A stretch of DNA of 64,000 nucleotides from the human T2T-CHM13v2.0 reference genome, Homo sapiens, in assembly GCF_009914755.1 (NCBI RefSeq), contig NC_060937.1; one strand, written 5' to 3'. Shown here piece by piece: positions 1 through 12,255 of the stretch; position 1 is the first letter of the stretch; the number at the start of each line of letters is the position of its first letter. The notes beneath the pieces are model-generated. The model ran no database searches and was not told the origin of the DNA. It saw only the letters and a list, made by a program, of their open reading frames with translations. The position numbers were made by a program, and so were the translations under genes.

Positions 1-682
1 ATAATTTTTCTGCATTAGAATCCAAAACTGTATTTTCTAGGTGAAAATACAATTATAACTAAAAGTTGTTTTGAGTGGACATTGAGTGGACAAGATCAAC
101 ATGCCATTCTTCATTGACTATTACAAAAATGAGGGCATTTATTTTGCCCTGACAACATTACAGAAAATTGTAAGGTACTGTTAGTAAGAGGGTCCCTCCA
201 TCATTCATGACAGGACCACTTTACATTCTTTTTATTTTCAAATTTTTAAAAATTAACACAAAATCGAATGCATTTATTACATGCAATATAATGTTTTAAA
301 GTTTATATACATTGTGGATACTTTCTTAATGATCATCACATCAATAGTTTGGGAATCTTTCTCTGGGCTCACTTAAAGCTGTTGCACACCTATTCCACAT
401 AGAAACTATACATCCAGGATCTACTCTCTCCATAAGGGCTTGATCGTTGCTATATGGCAGTGGGAAATTATGAGTTATTGGGTAAAATCTGTTTCTTAAA
501 AATGAGTTTCATAGGTAATTCTGTGTCTTAGAAGCAACATTAAATATTTATGCAAATAAATTTATTCAAAAACTAAAATAGTGTTTTAGGAATGGAAATT
601 ATTCCTGTAACTTCAGCAAAAATAGGTGAGATGTTCCTGTAGAGCTAACACTTCTTCACAAAGTCTTTTCCACTCCACTTAC

Positions 683-902
683 CAGCCACACAACACTTGC
701 TTCTCTGCAGAAGGAGTGTCACAAGGATGGTTAGTGCTACGTTTCCCGAAGTGCTCCACTTATGCCTGCCACAGGACATGGCATTTGCCATGTTAGTGTA
801 GCTGGTTGGTGCCCTGTATTCTAAGCGAAGTATCTCACTGCAGAGAGTGTCTTTTCCATCATTGCACAAATTGGGGTTCTTAATTCTAGGTTTGCCTGCA
901 CC
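683..902 (-). ncRNA. Candidate spliced exon (220 nt) of a putative minus-strand lncRNA
   Basis: Minus strand reads ctgtttatag|GGTGCAGG...GTGGCTG|gtaagt, a consensus donor. The sequence is non-repetitive and more GC-rich than its flanks. No transcript data are available. Confidence 0.35.
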
Positions 903-1384
903 CTATAAACAGCCCCAATAATAATCCATCAGTAACATCTCCCATTACACTTCAGTTCCAGATAAGAGATGATATTACTGATCCTCTTTCAATAAGGAAG
1001 GGGGCAAGGAGAAGGATGCATGTGTGTAATTTGAAAAGACCTCCTGGAGGTTATGATGCATTGCCTAGATAGAAAGTCACCTCCTCAGGAGGATTATTGT
1101 TACTGTTTTTAAATACAACAATCATCGATTTTTGGCACAAGAAAATCTTCAAAATATTGAATCTGATTAGTAACTTTCAAGATAAATGAAAATAATAAAG
1201 TGGTGTGAAATGTTTAGTAGTATAAGCATAAGGATACTAAAATAAATAGAAATAAACATAACTAAAAGTAACAATAACATACACTGGAAAAATAACATAC
1301 ATTGCCTTTTTCTCCTTTATTTCAGTTTTCTATTATTTAGACTACCATTTCTAAAATCCTACACTCCCAGAAGGACAGATTAAT

Positions 1385-1600
1385 GGAGCTTGACAGAAGC
1401 TTAGGAAATCACCTCTGCAGCACCCTGCCTCTAGGCAGCACATGTCTAAACCATCTAGGACGGTTTCATTGTCTATGCTTCTCTAGAATATCTCACTATG
1501 CAGACACCATAACCTACATTGGGACTTTCACACCCTGACTGCCCAGAAGTTTTTTCTGGCATACAACAGAAATCGATTAGATCTTAGAATTTTAACCTAT
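1385..1600 (-). mobile_element. L3/CR1 LINE fragment (ancient)
   Basis: Degenerate match to the CR1/L3 3' region in antisense: gcttaggaaatcacctctgcagcaccctgcctctaggcag...taaaccatc...caccctgactgcccagaagttttttct. Confidence 0.5.
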
Positions 1601-1923
1601 TCTTTTGTTTAAAAAGTTTGTAACTCCAGAAAAGAACACACATATACAAGCACACACACATACAAGCACACACATACAGCGAAAGAGAGAGGGGAAAAGA
1701 GGGAGAAAGAAAGAGACTTAGTTGTCCCAAGTGAATTATTAAGAAACATTTAATATTTCCAAAAGGGAATTAATTGTTCAAATAACTAGAATAACTTTAG
1801 GCATTTGAATGGTAGAATTTGATATTGTTTTATTTGTATGTTAATATCTTAATATTATAAATTGTCTCTTTAAGCATCTTGAATTTTGCCTTGTTTAAAT
1901 TATTTACAGTCTTTGAACAGCAC

Positions 1924-1926
<3 letters not shown>

Positions 1927-1956
<30 letters not shown>
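1927..1956. repeat. (TG)n microsatellite
   Basis: About 13 perfect TG units followed by degenerate units. Confidence 0.95.
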
Positions 1957-1958
<2 letters not shown>

Positions 1959-2246
1959 ATATATTCATAATATGCTTTGGTGGATCTTTGTCATATGTGA
2001 AACAAGCATTTTATTTAACATATATCAAAAATGTAATTGCAATCAGCTGTTAAAAATTTTTTTTTCATATATACTCTTTTTTTACAAAGTAACATGAGGT
2101 TAGTTGGAAATCCTGTGGTTTTTCTGCTACCTATTGAACCATGACCATAGCTTCTGTCTCTGAAATGAGAAATACACATTCTCTGTAAGGTTATTTCACT
2201 GGCAAAAATGCAATGGACAAAAAGGACTTTGCCCTTCTGCTGTTAC

Positions 2247-2327
2247 CTTCGCTTTGGTGGTCTGGATGCTTTACTTCTAATCTGTGACAAAGACTTGACT
2301 TGTCCATCCGGCAGCGTGTCTGCTACG
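2247..2327 (-). ncRNA. Candidate spliced exon (81 nt)
   Basis: Minus strand reads tattatctcatttcag|CGTAGCAGACACG...CCAAAGCGAAG|gtaaca. It has a good acceptor and donor and 4 CpGs in otherwise CpG-depleted DNA. Confidence 0.4.
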
Positions 2328-4132
2328 CTGAAATGAGATAATAGCAGTCTGAAGTATTTCCTTTGTTTTCCACTCTGCTGTTTGCTTACCTCTTTTTAGA
2401 GGTCAGCTATTGCTGTGACAATCTTGTGTAGCTAGAATTAAAGCCAATCCTTATTACTGCAGCTCTTTAGACAAATTGATCTCAGAGAATGCCAATAGCA
2501 TTAAATCAGCCTTGCAAATAATTACCAAAATTTATTAGTCCCCCAAAAGTCACAATCCTTTCCTTTCTTAAGAGAAAGAAACTGTAAAATAAAAAGCATC
2601 CACATGTGCAGACTAATGAGCCAAAATAAATTATTTTGTGCCAGGAAAATATCCAAATGAATTTGATCAGAGAATTTTTTAAAAAATGTTTATTTTAGAG
2701 ATTATAGAACTAAGGAAAAATATGTAAAGCCGTTTTCTGATGTGAGAGTTTATTATATAGCAATGGTGAACAGCAGGTTTTCATCTTCTCTGGTTATAAA
2801 AGCAAATACATTTTCAAAAATCAGTTCAATGTGATAAGTTTAGGTTGAAAATGAGGTTAAATTTCCTGACAATGCTTGTTAAAATAATGTGGTTCTTGGG
2901 AAACTGTTAAATTGCCTTTGAAGATATTTTAAGATTTCTGCTGCATACGATTTTACTCATGTGTTCCTTTATTCTATAAAGTGTTTCCTAATTTTTCTTC
3001 TCTTAGTAAAGTTAAAACTTATGAACCAAGACACATTTTCACAAGATTTTTACATCTTTATTACTGTCTGGAGGCCAAATATAGACACACAAATAAGAAA
3101 AGTGTAGTCCTACTTTTGGCATAGAGTAATTATCTAGAACAAAAGTACTATCAGAACAAAAAACCAAAAAAAAAAATAAAAATGTTATTCTATCACTGAA
3201 TTTTCATTCTAAACTTTTAACCTCCTCAAACTCATGCAAATGTGTATGACCTGAGCATTATTATATTTGTATAATGATTATATAAATATACAAGTATTCA
3301 TAATATGATTGAATATAATTATCACCATGTGAACTTTTTTAAATCACTTCAAGTTACTTATCAGAATGTGCTATTGGATATAAAGGAAAACTGAAAGGTC
3401 ATCCAAGCTCTTGTTTATTGATGTTTGGTCAATGGAGCATCTATGTCAAAATAACCTGGTTTGCTTAGTTAAAATGGTCTACACTGGTATGACTAATTAT
3501 CATCTCTGGAGTTAGATTTTATTAATACAGATTTTTAGTAGGATCTTTGGCTGGGTTAGATTCTTACTGTATTTAAGGATCATTTACGAATCACTGACAA
3601 ACTCCTGAAAGTTTGTTTAGATGCTACACACTGGGGTAGGTTCAGAGAATACAAAAATGGATATTGTAATCAATGAAAAAAAATCTTGCAGTATGATAAG
3701 CAAATGCAATAATAGAGATATGAAAACAAAAATATAAATGAAATGTTTCTAACACATGCAGCACTGCAGAAAATACATCTAAGTAAAGGTAAAGCTTCTT
3801 GGGAGAACTGATGCCTATTCAAAGGGGGAGAAGCATAGGAAAATCAAGAAGGAAGGGGAATAAGACAAAATCATTAATATAAGAAGCAAGAAAGTATCTG
3901 CAGGAATTATTTTTCAAAAGTCCTATTGTTGAATCATAAATTTTAAGGGATATAAGTGATGAGGATAGAAAGGTAAGTAGGAACAAGGTTAAGAGGCAAA
4001 ATTTACTGTTACAGTACGTGGACTTACCTAGAAGTAATGGGTAGCCAACCAAGGAAATTAAGAGAATAACACTGTTGGATGTGTATTCCAAAAAGATTCT
4101 TCTAGGAGCTCTGTATGAAATGGTTTGAATGT

Positions 4133-5830
<1,698 letters not shown>

Positions 5831-5952
5831 GGTTAAACATTTGCTTAAATTGTTCAAATGGCACACGGGATGTTATCCTAAAAAAAATAAAAAATTAAAA
5901 ACTTAATACATAATAAAAGCAATGGTTTGAATGTAAAAAGACCAAAGATACT

Positions 5953-6198
5953 TGATATAGTTTGGCTGTATGTCCCCCACTCAAGTCTCATCTCAAATTG
6001 TAATCCCCACATGTCAGGGAAGGGAACTGACCCAGAGGTGACTGAATCATGGGGGCAGATTTCCCCCTGGCTGTTCTCATGATAGTGAGTGAGTTCTCAT
6101 GAGATTTCATGGTTTAAAAGTATATGGCACTCCTGCTGTCATGTTAAGATGTGCCTTGCTTCCCCTTTGCCTTCTGCCTTGATTGTAAGTTTCGTGAG
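5953..6198 (+). mobile_element. MSTA-like MaLR LTR, 3'-truncated
   Basis: Starts tgatatagtttggctg, contains gctgttctcatgatagtgagtgagttctcatgagat, and ends abruptly at gattgtaagtttcgtgag. Confidence 0.85.
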
Positions 6199-6361
6199 AC
6201 TACAGGCATGTGCTGCCACACCTGGCTAAGTTTTGTATTTTTAGTAGAGATGGGTTTTCACCATGTTGGCCAGGCTGGTCTTGAACTCATGACCTCAAGC
6301 GATCCATCCGCCTTGGCCTCCCAAAGTGCTGGGATTACAGGCATAAGCCACAGCACCCGGC
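6198..6361 (-). mobile_element. AluS fragment (left arm, linker and start of right arm; no tail)
   Basis: gactacaggc...ttttgtatttttagtagaga...cctcccaaagtgctgggattacagg. Confidence 0.95.
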
Positions 6362-7399
6362 GACTGTGAGAATTCTATGTAGAGAAGTTGAATAGGCATT
6401 AGATACATCAGTCTAGATCTACACAGAGTGATAAGTTGGATACAAATCTGTTTTCAATGTGAGTGTGTGTACACATATAAATATATATATTTGACATAAA
6501 ATTATAATTTACTTATGCAAAAGATAGGGAATAAAAATGATTAAACTGACTTTATTCAACAAGACCTTAGTTTAGCCAATAAGTAGCTGAAGATCATGCT
6601 TAGATAGCTCCCCTTTCTATTTTCCAGTTTTCTCTTTTATAAAATGAAGAGTTCAGTTAGGTGATATATGAAGTTTGAACCTTTAGGAAGAATCATACAT
6701 ATAAATATTCATATATTTAGTGTTTGCAGAAGGAGGGAAATCTCATACATAAATGGAGTATATATGTTCCATTTTCCCTGCATAACAGGAGGAAATATTG
6801 CTCTATGAGAGTTATAGAGAGGGACCTGGATTCAGATTTAAGTCCACAAAAAAAAAAAGATTGAAAGAATCTTTGTGGAACTGAAAAAAAAAAAGATTAA
6901 AATAACTCTTAAAATCTCAGTAGGCAGTATGAAGGAGCCAGTTATGTTTGCTTATCTGAAATTTAGGGATACAGATATGTAATTCATCCTTAGTTGCCAT
7001 TTATGTGCATGGTGGGAAATGTGAAGGGCTATTAGTGTTATCTAATGGTTTGGATGAAGAACAGCAAGGCAAGAGAATAGCAGACAAGTGGGGCAAAAAT
7101 ATTTGTAGCATTGTTAGGATACCCTCTGAGAAGGGAAAGAGGAATATCTTAAAAGAGTTGGGGAAATTCTTGTTCCGGACAGGTGGTACCATTTGGATTA
7201 TGGTGCCTTTAGAAAGACATTATCTAAATGCCTAAATAACTAAAACAGAAAATGAAAACAGGAAATTGTAAGCCATGGCTCCAATAAAGGAAGTCAAGAC
7301 ATTAAGCATTCTAATGTGTTTGAGGAATCATTATGCCGGGTGTTATTTGTGTGAGCAAGTAGTAAATATCAAACCTTGTGATCAGAAGTTTAGATGTGT

Positions 7400-7720
7400 G
7401 AATTAATGATTTCAGAAATAAAGTTTTAGAGAATAAAGATAACAGAGTCCAGGATGTCACCATGAGAATAGATGAATAGATAGAATAGAGGAGTGATTAA
7501 CTGGAGATAATAAACACAAAAAAGTGAGACGTTGAGTTTGAATACCTTGTGAAGATCTTGGCAGTATTAATGGAAGTGATTTTGTTTCTATAGTGAAGGG
7601 TTGCCACCAGTCCCAACTAAATTAGAAAAAGAGTGGTGAATGAGGAATGAAGACAAAAAATGTCACCAGCACTCTTGAAGAATTTGACTGTGAAGGAAAA
7701 GACAGCCAAGGATAATAAAA
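7400..7720 (-). mobile_element. L2 LINE fragment
   Basis: Purine-rich antisense L2-like sequence, e.g. cactcttgaagaatttgactgtgaaggaaaag. Confidence 0.45.
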
Positions 7721-8689
7721 ATAAAATGATGTAAGATTTATAGAGTAGAAAGATTGGTGAAGGTAGTGCCTATTTCATAGATGAGAATAAAAGTGACTAC
7801 TATAAAGATGCTTACATATAAAGACAAAAAGATGGATCCTTTTTGAAAAGAATTTAACATAATAAAACTGTGAAATAAATCAGTATACACATAAATATTC
7901 ACTTTTCTCAAGGCAAAATCTCAAATCTTCTATTCCCGTAAAGGAAGCACACTTTCAACAGCATTGAGTAATTGGATTATAATCCCATCGAGTCCATCAA
8001 AATGATCCTCTGTTTTTCTCAGGGGAGAGATTGGGTTATGGCCTGTTGCTATCTCCTGGCTTTGCCCTAGACTCTGGTTGTATGCATATCTGACTGCCAC
8101 CATTTTGCAAATATCTGGTAAAACTACATCATATTCCTTCTTACTTAATGCAAGAGTAAATCAAAGGTCAGTTTTCAAAGTCAGTTTTCCATGTGTGACA
8201 TACCCATATATAAGTTTTCTTAATTTCATTCTTTCAGAGATACTTTTATGTTTTTGCCTGTGTGTTTTTGTGGGGGAGAAGGAGACAGGGGAGTAAAATA
8301 TTTGTGTTGTTAACTGGGGAAAACTTGTTGAGAGGTTAATAAGAAAGATATTAAAATTGTGTAAAATGAAGTACAGATTATAAATCAATATGTAACATTC
8401 TTGAGAAGACATAAGTTATTCAAAATCTTGTACCAGGCAGATAAATAGCCTTTGAATGAGTCTCCTATTTATTGAGGAAAGAGATTGGAGGAGAAAAGCT
8501 ATTAGGCAATTTAATTTTAGGTGTACGATAAAAAAAAAAAAAAAGCACATTATGGTTTGAGGACTTCTAGTTACCCGTGAAGGAATGATACCATTACCAG
8601 AGGATTTGCGGAAAACTGTGATCTCTTTCCACATTGGATTCCGGCCCATAACTGCTTTAAGTTACACTAGTCACTTCATTGTGTTAACA

Positions 8690-9230
8690 TTCCTGAGAAA
8701 AAGTGATTTTAACAGAGATCTGAGGAATTATTTAGTATAAGCTAAAGATAACACAGATTATTTTTCAGGCAAAAAAATTTCAAATTTTGAGATGCTTTTT
8801 GGTACATACAGTCAATTGGAAAAAAATCCAGGTTGACTAAAATATAGAGATCGAGAGAAACAGGGAAATGAAAATGGAGAGGGAGGCAAGATCCAGGTCA
8901 TGCTGATCTTTACAATCCCTGCCAACATTTTCAGAGTAATGTAAAGGGCAAGCAGAATGCAATGAATAATTTAAGTCTGGAAGTGACAATCATGTTTATA
9001 TTTTGAAAAGAACCCTCTGGATTTTGAGTGGAAAGAATGATTGTGGTAGTAGAGGCAGATGTATTCATTTATGAGCTATCACAGCAGTTCAGAGGAGCAA
9101 TTATGACAACCTGCAGGAGTTACTGGGGACTGAGGGAAAAAATATCAAGATATATTTAAAAAAAGCATTTGATTTTTGATTTGATGTGTACGTAAGGATG
9201 GAAGGCAGTTAAGAATAACTCCAGATATTT
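8690..9230 (-). mobile_element. L2 LINE fragment
   Basis: Collinear with antisense L2: ggaagtgacaatcatgtttatattttgaaaagaaccctctgg...agttaagaataactccaga. Confidence 0.7.
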
Positions 9231-9928
9231 ATTGAAGATAGTTTTAATTCAACAAATATTCATGGACATCTTTCAATTCTTAAACAATTTAGGACATGCA
9301 AGTTATGAAATCTGTATTCTTATCCTTAAAAATGTGCAAAGCAATTATTTCCAGAGCTTTCTCAGTTCCATATTTATGTGTTAATCAAAAGAATAATTCT
9401 GTAAATGGGGCTACTTAATTGATAGATTGTTTTGTTCTAGAAAGAACAAATGAGAGTATTATTCAAAGCCTGCTAGCCAATTTCCTTACCTGCCTTGATA
9501 AGTCAATGATACTATTTAGAAATCTTGTCCTAGTATAGTTGTTGCTATTTTATGGAACTCTACATTTTTATTTGGGAGTTTTTATACTTTTCCCTTTGTA
9601 TTTATTGTTCTAGCATTTCAGGATAATGTGTCTATATGTTTTTATTTTTCTCTCGTCTAATCTATACGGCACTCTGGACATTATTTCAGTCAGAAGTCTT
9701 ACAATTTCTGTGATTCCTGTTTTACTGCAATCTATTATACCTGGACTTATTTGAACTATGTGTTCACTCTTAAAATTTTATGCCTGCTCATGGATTCATA
9801 AGTTTTTTCCATATTCCTTATCTGCTTTGCTTAACACCAACACCTCTCCCTTTCTCAGTCTAGGAGGTATTGACCTTATTTTTATTTTTATTTTTTAGTG
9901 GATACTATCACATTTTAAAAATGCATAA

Positions 9929-10465
9929 TGTGTTAGGCTGTTTTTGCATTGCTGTAAAGAAATACCTGAGATTGGGTAATTGGTAAAGAGGTTGAATTGG
10001 CTCATAGTTCTGCATGCTGTACAGAAAGCATGGTGCCAGGATCTGATCAGCTTCTGGGGAGGCCTTAGGGTGCTTTTATTTATGGCAGAAGATGAAGTAG
10101 GAGCTGGCACATCACAAGGCCAGAGAAGGAGCAAGAGTTGTGAGACAGGTGCCACAAACTTCTAAACAACCAGATCTCACGAGAGCTCACTCACTTGCCA
10201 CAAACTTCTAAACAACCAGATCTCACGAGAGCTCACTCACTTGCCACAAACTTCTAAACAACCAGATCTCACGAGGGCTCACTCACTTGCCACAAACTTC
10301 TAAACAACCAGATCTCACGAGGGCTCACTCACTGTCATGAGGACAGCACCAAGCCATGAGGGACCCGACACCATGACCCAAACACCTCCCACCGGGAACC
10401 TCCTCGAACATTGGAAATTACATTTCAACACAAGATTTAGGGTAACAAATATCCAAACTATAATA
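9929..10465 (-). mobile_element. MSTB-like MaLR solo LTR with internal tandem expansion
   Basis: Begins tgtgttaggctgtttttgcattgctgtaaagaaatacctgaga and ends caaatatccaaactata. Confidence 0.9.
10150..10333. repeat. 46-bp minisatellite x4
   Basis: Unit tgccacaaacttctaaacaaccagatctcacgag(a/g)gctcactcact starts at 10150, 10196, 10242 and 10288. Confidence 0.97.
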
Positions 10466-10649
10466 TAAGGTAAACTGTTTTTTTTCCTAACGTCATCTGA
10501 AGTTATTCTGCATCTCTAGCATCTTTTTGATCAAGTAAGTCAAGGACTGTGGCCGTTTTAATCTCCTTATTGAATACTCCCAAAACACTGGGTAATTATT
10601 TTGCTATTCTTGTTATTTAAGTTTTAATTGCTTACAGACCAATAATTTT

Positions 10650-10889
10650 ATTGTTTTTGAGCAATTTATTTGATCATCAATTTCTTTGCATCCCACTTCT
10701 TTATTCCTTGGTCATTTAACTTCATTCAAAGGTGCACCCAATAATACTTTTCTGGTGGAGATCTGATCATTGTAAATTTAGTCTTCTGTATCTGAAATAT
10801 GTTTATTCTATCTTCACTCTTCAATGACTATACAGAAATATTGGTTTTTATCCGATTACTTTAAACTTATTATTCCATTGTCTTCTGGA
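10650..10889 (-). mobile_element. Ancient L1M/HAL1-like ORF1-region fragment (left part)
   Basis: tatctgaaatatgtttattctatcttcactcttcaatga...ttattattccattgtcttctgg. It appears to resume at about 18530. Confidence 0.55.
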
Positions 10890-12145
10890 ATATATATATA
10901 TACACACACACAAATATATAATATGTAATATAGAATTATATATTATATATTATATATTAATATATAATATATATACTTATATATTATATATATATTATAT
11001 GTTAATATATAATATATATACTTATATATTATATATTAATATATTATATAGAATTATATATTATATATTAACATATAATATATAGAATTATATAATATGT
11101 TAATATATAATATAGAATTATATATTAATATATTATATAGAATTATATATAATATATTAATATATAGTATATACTGTATATAGTCTATATAGTATATACT
11201 GTATATAGTCTATAGTATACTATATTTTATATATACTATATAATATATAGTATATATAGTATATATAGTATATATACTATATATACTACATTATATATAG
11301 TATATATACTATATATACTACATTATATATAGTATACTATTATATAAAATATATAGTATATATACTACATACACTACGTTATATGTAGTATATATACTAC
11401 ATACACTACGTTATATGTAGTATATATACTACATACACTACGTTATATGTAGTATATATACTACATACACTACGTTATATGTAGTATATATACTACATAC
11501 ACTACGTTATATGTAGTATATATACTACATACACTACGTTATATGTAGTATATATACTACATACACTACGTTATATGTAGTATATATACTACATACACTA
11601 CGTTATATGTAGTATATATACTACATACACTACGTTATATGTAGTATATATACTACATACACTACGTTATATGTAGTATATATACTACATACACTACGTT
11701 ATATGTAGTATATATACTACATACACTACGTTATATGTAGTATACTATTATATAAAATATATAATATATAAAATATATAAAATATATAGTATATATACTA
11801 TATATACTACGTTATATATAGTATATATACTATATATGCTACGTTATATATAGTATATATACTATATATGCTACGTTTTATATAGTATATATACTATATA
11901 TGCTACGTTTTATATAGTATATATACTATATATGCTACGTTTTATATAGTATACTGTTATATAAAATATATAGTATATATACTATGTATATATACTATAT
12001 ATATACTATATAGTATATACTATACTATATACTATATAATATATACAAATATATATATTTATATATGATATATATTATATATTATATATATTTATATTTA
12101 TCATTTATATTTATAATATATATATTTATATTTATCTTATATATA
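10890..12145. repeat. About 1.25-kb extremely AT-rich low-complexity/minisatellite block
   Basis: TA-dominated sequence containing several 32-bp-period subarrays. Confidence 0.97.
11357..11740. repeat. 32-bp minisatellite x12 (identical copies)
   Basis: Unit tatatatactacatacactacgttatatgtag. The CpG recurs at 11377, 11409, ... 11729 with an exact 32-bp period. Confidence 0.97.
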
Positions 12146-12169
12146 AGACAAAAAGAATAAGGTAAATAT

Positions 12170-12243
12170 GGGATTCCCAGAGTTTAAAAATAAAAGTTCA
12201 GTGTGCCTAGTTAAATTTGAATCTCAAATATGTTTTAAAAATT
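12170..12243. mobile_element. MER53-like hAT MITE, left half
   Basis: ggattcccag...aaaaataaaag...cctagttaaatttgaat. This terminus is the inverted counterpart of ctggcaatcc at about 18496-18505. Confidence 0.65.
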
Positions 12244-12255
12244 TAAATGCTCTTT

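Noticed and set aside
645-869. 74-aa minus-strand ORF as a small protein
   Set aside because: It has a non-ATG start, runs through a consensus splice donor and has no recognisable homology. The region is kept only as an exon candidate.
72-1300. Short direct repeats (tgagtggaca x2 at about 72-92; aataacataca x2 at about 1273-1301)
   Set aside because: These are ordinary 10-11 bp slippage duplications.
8540-8690. CpG-containing unique patch as another minus-strand exon
   Set aside because: Donor-like sites exist, but the acceptor lacks a pyrimidine tract.
10150-11740. 46-bp and 32-bp arrays as CRISPR-like repeat/spacer arrays
   Set aside because: The units are head-to-tail with identical intervening sequence, there are no unique spacers or cas genes, and the DNA is human.
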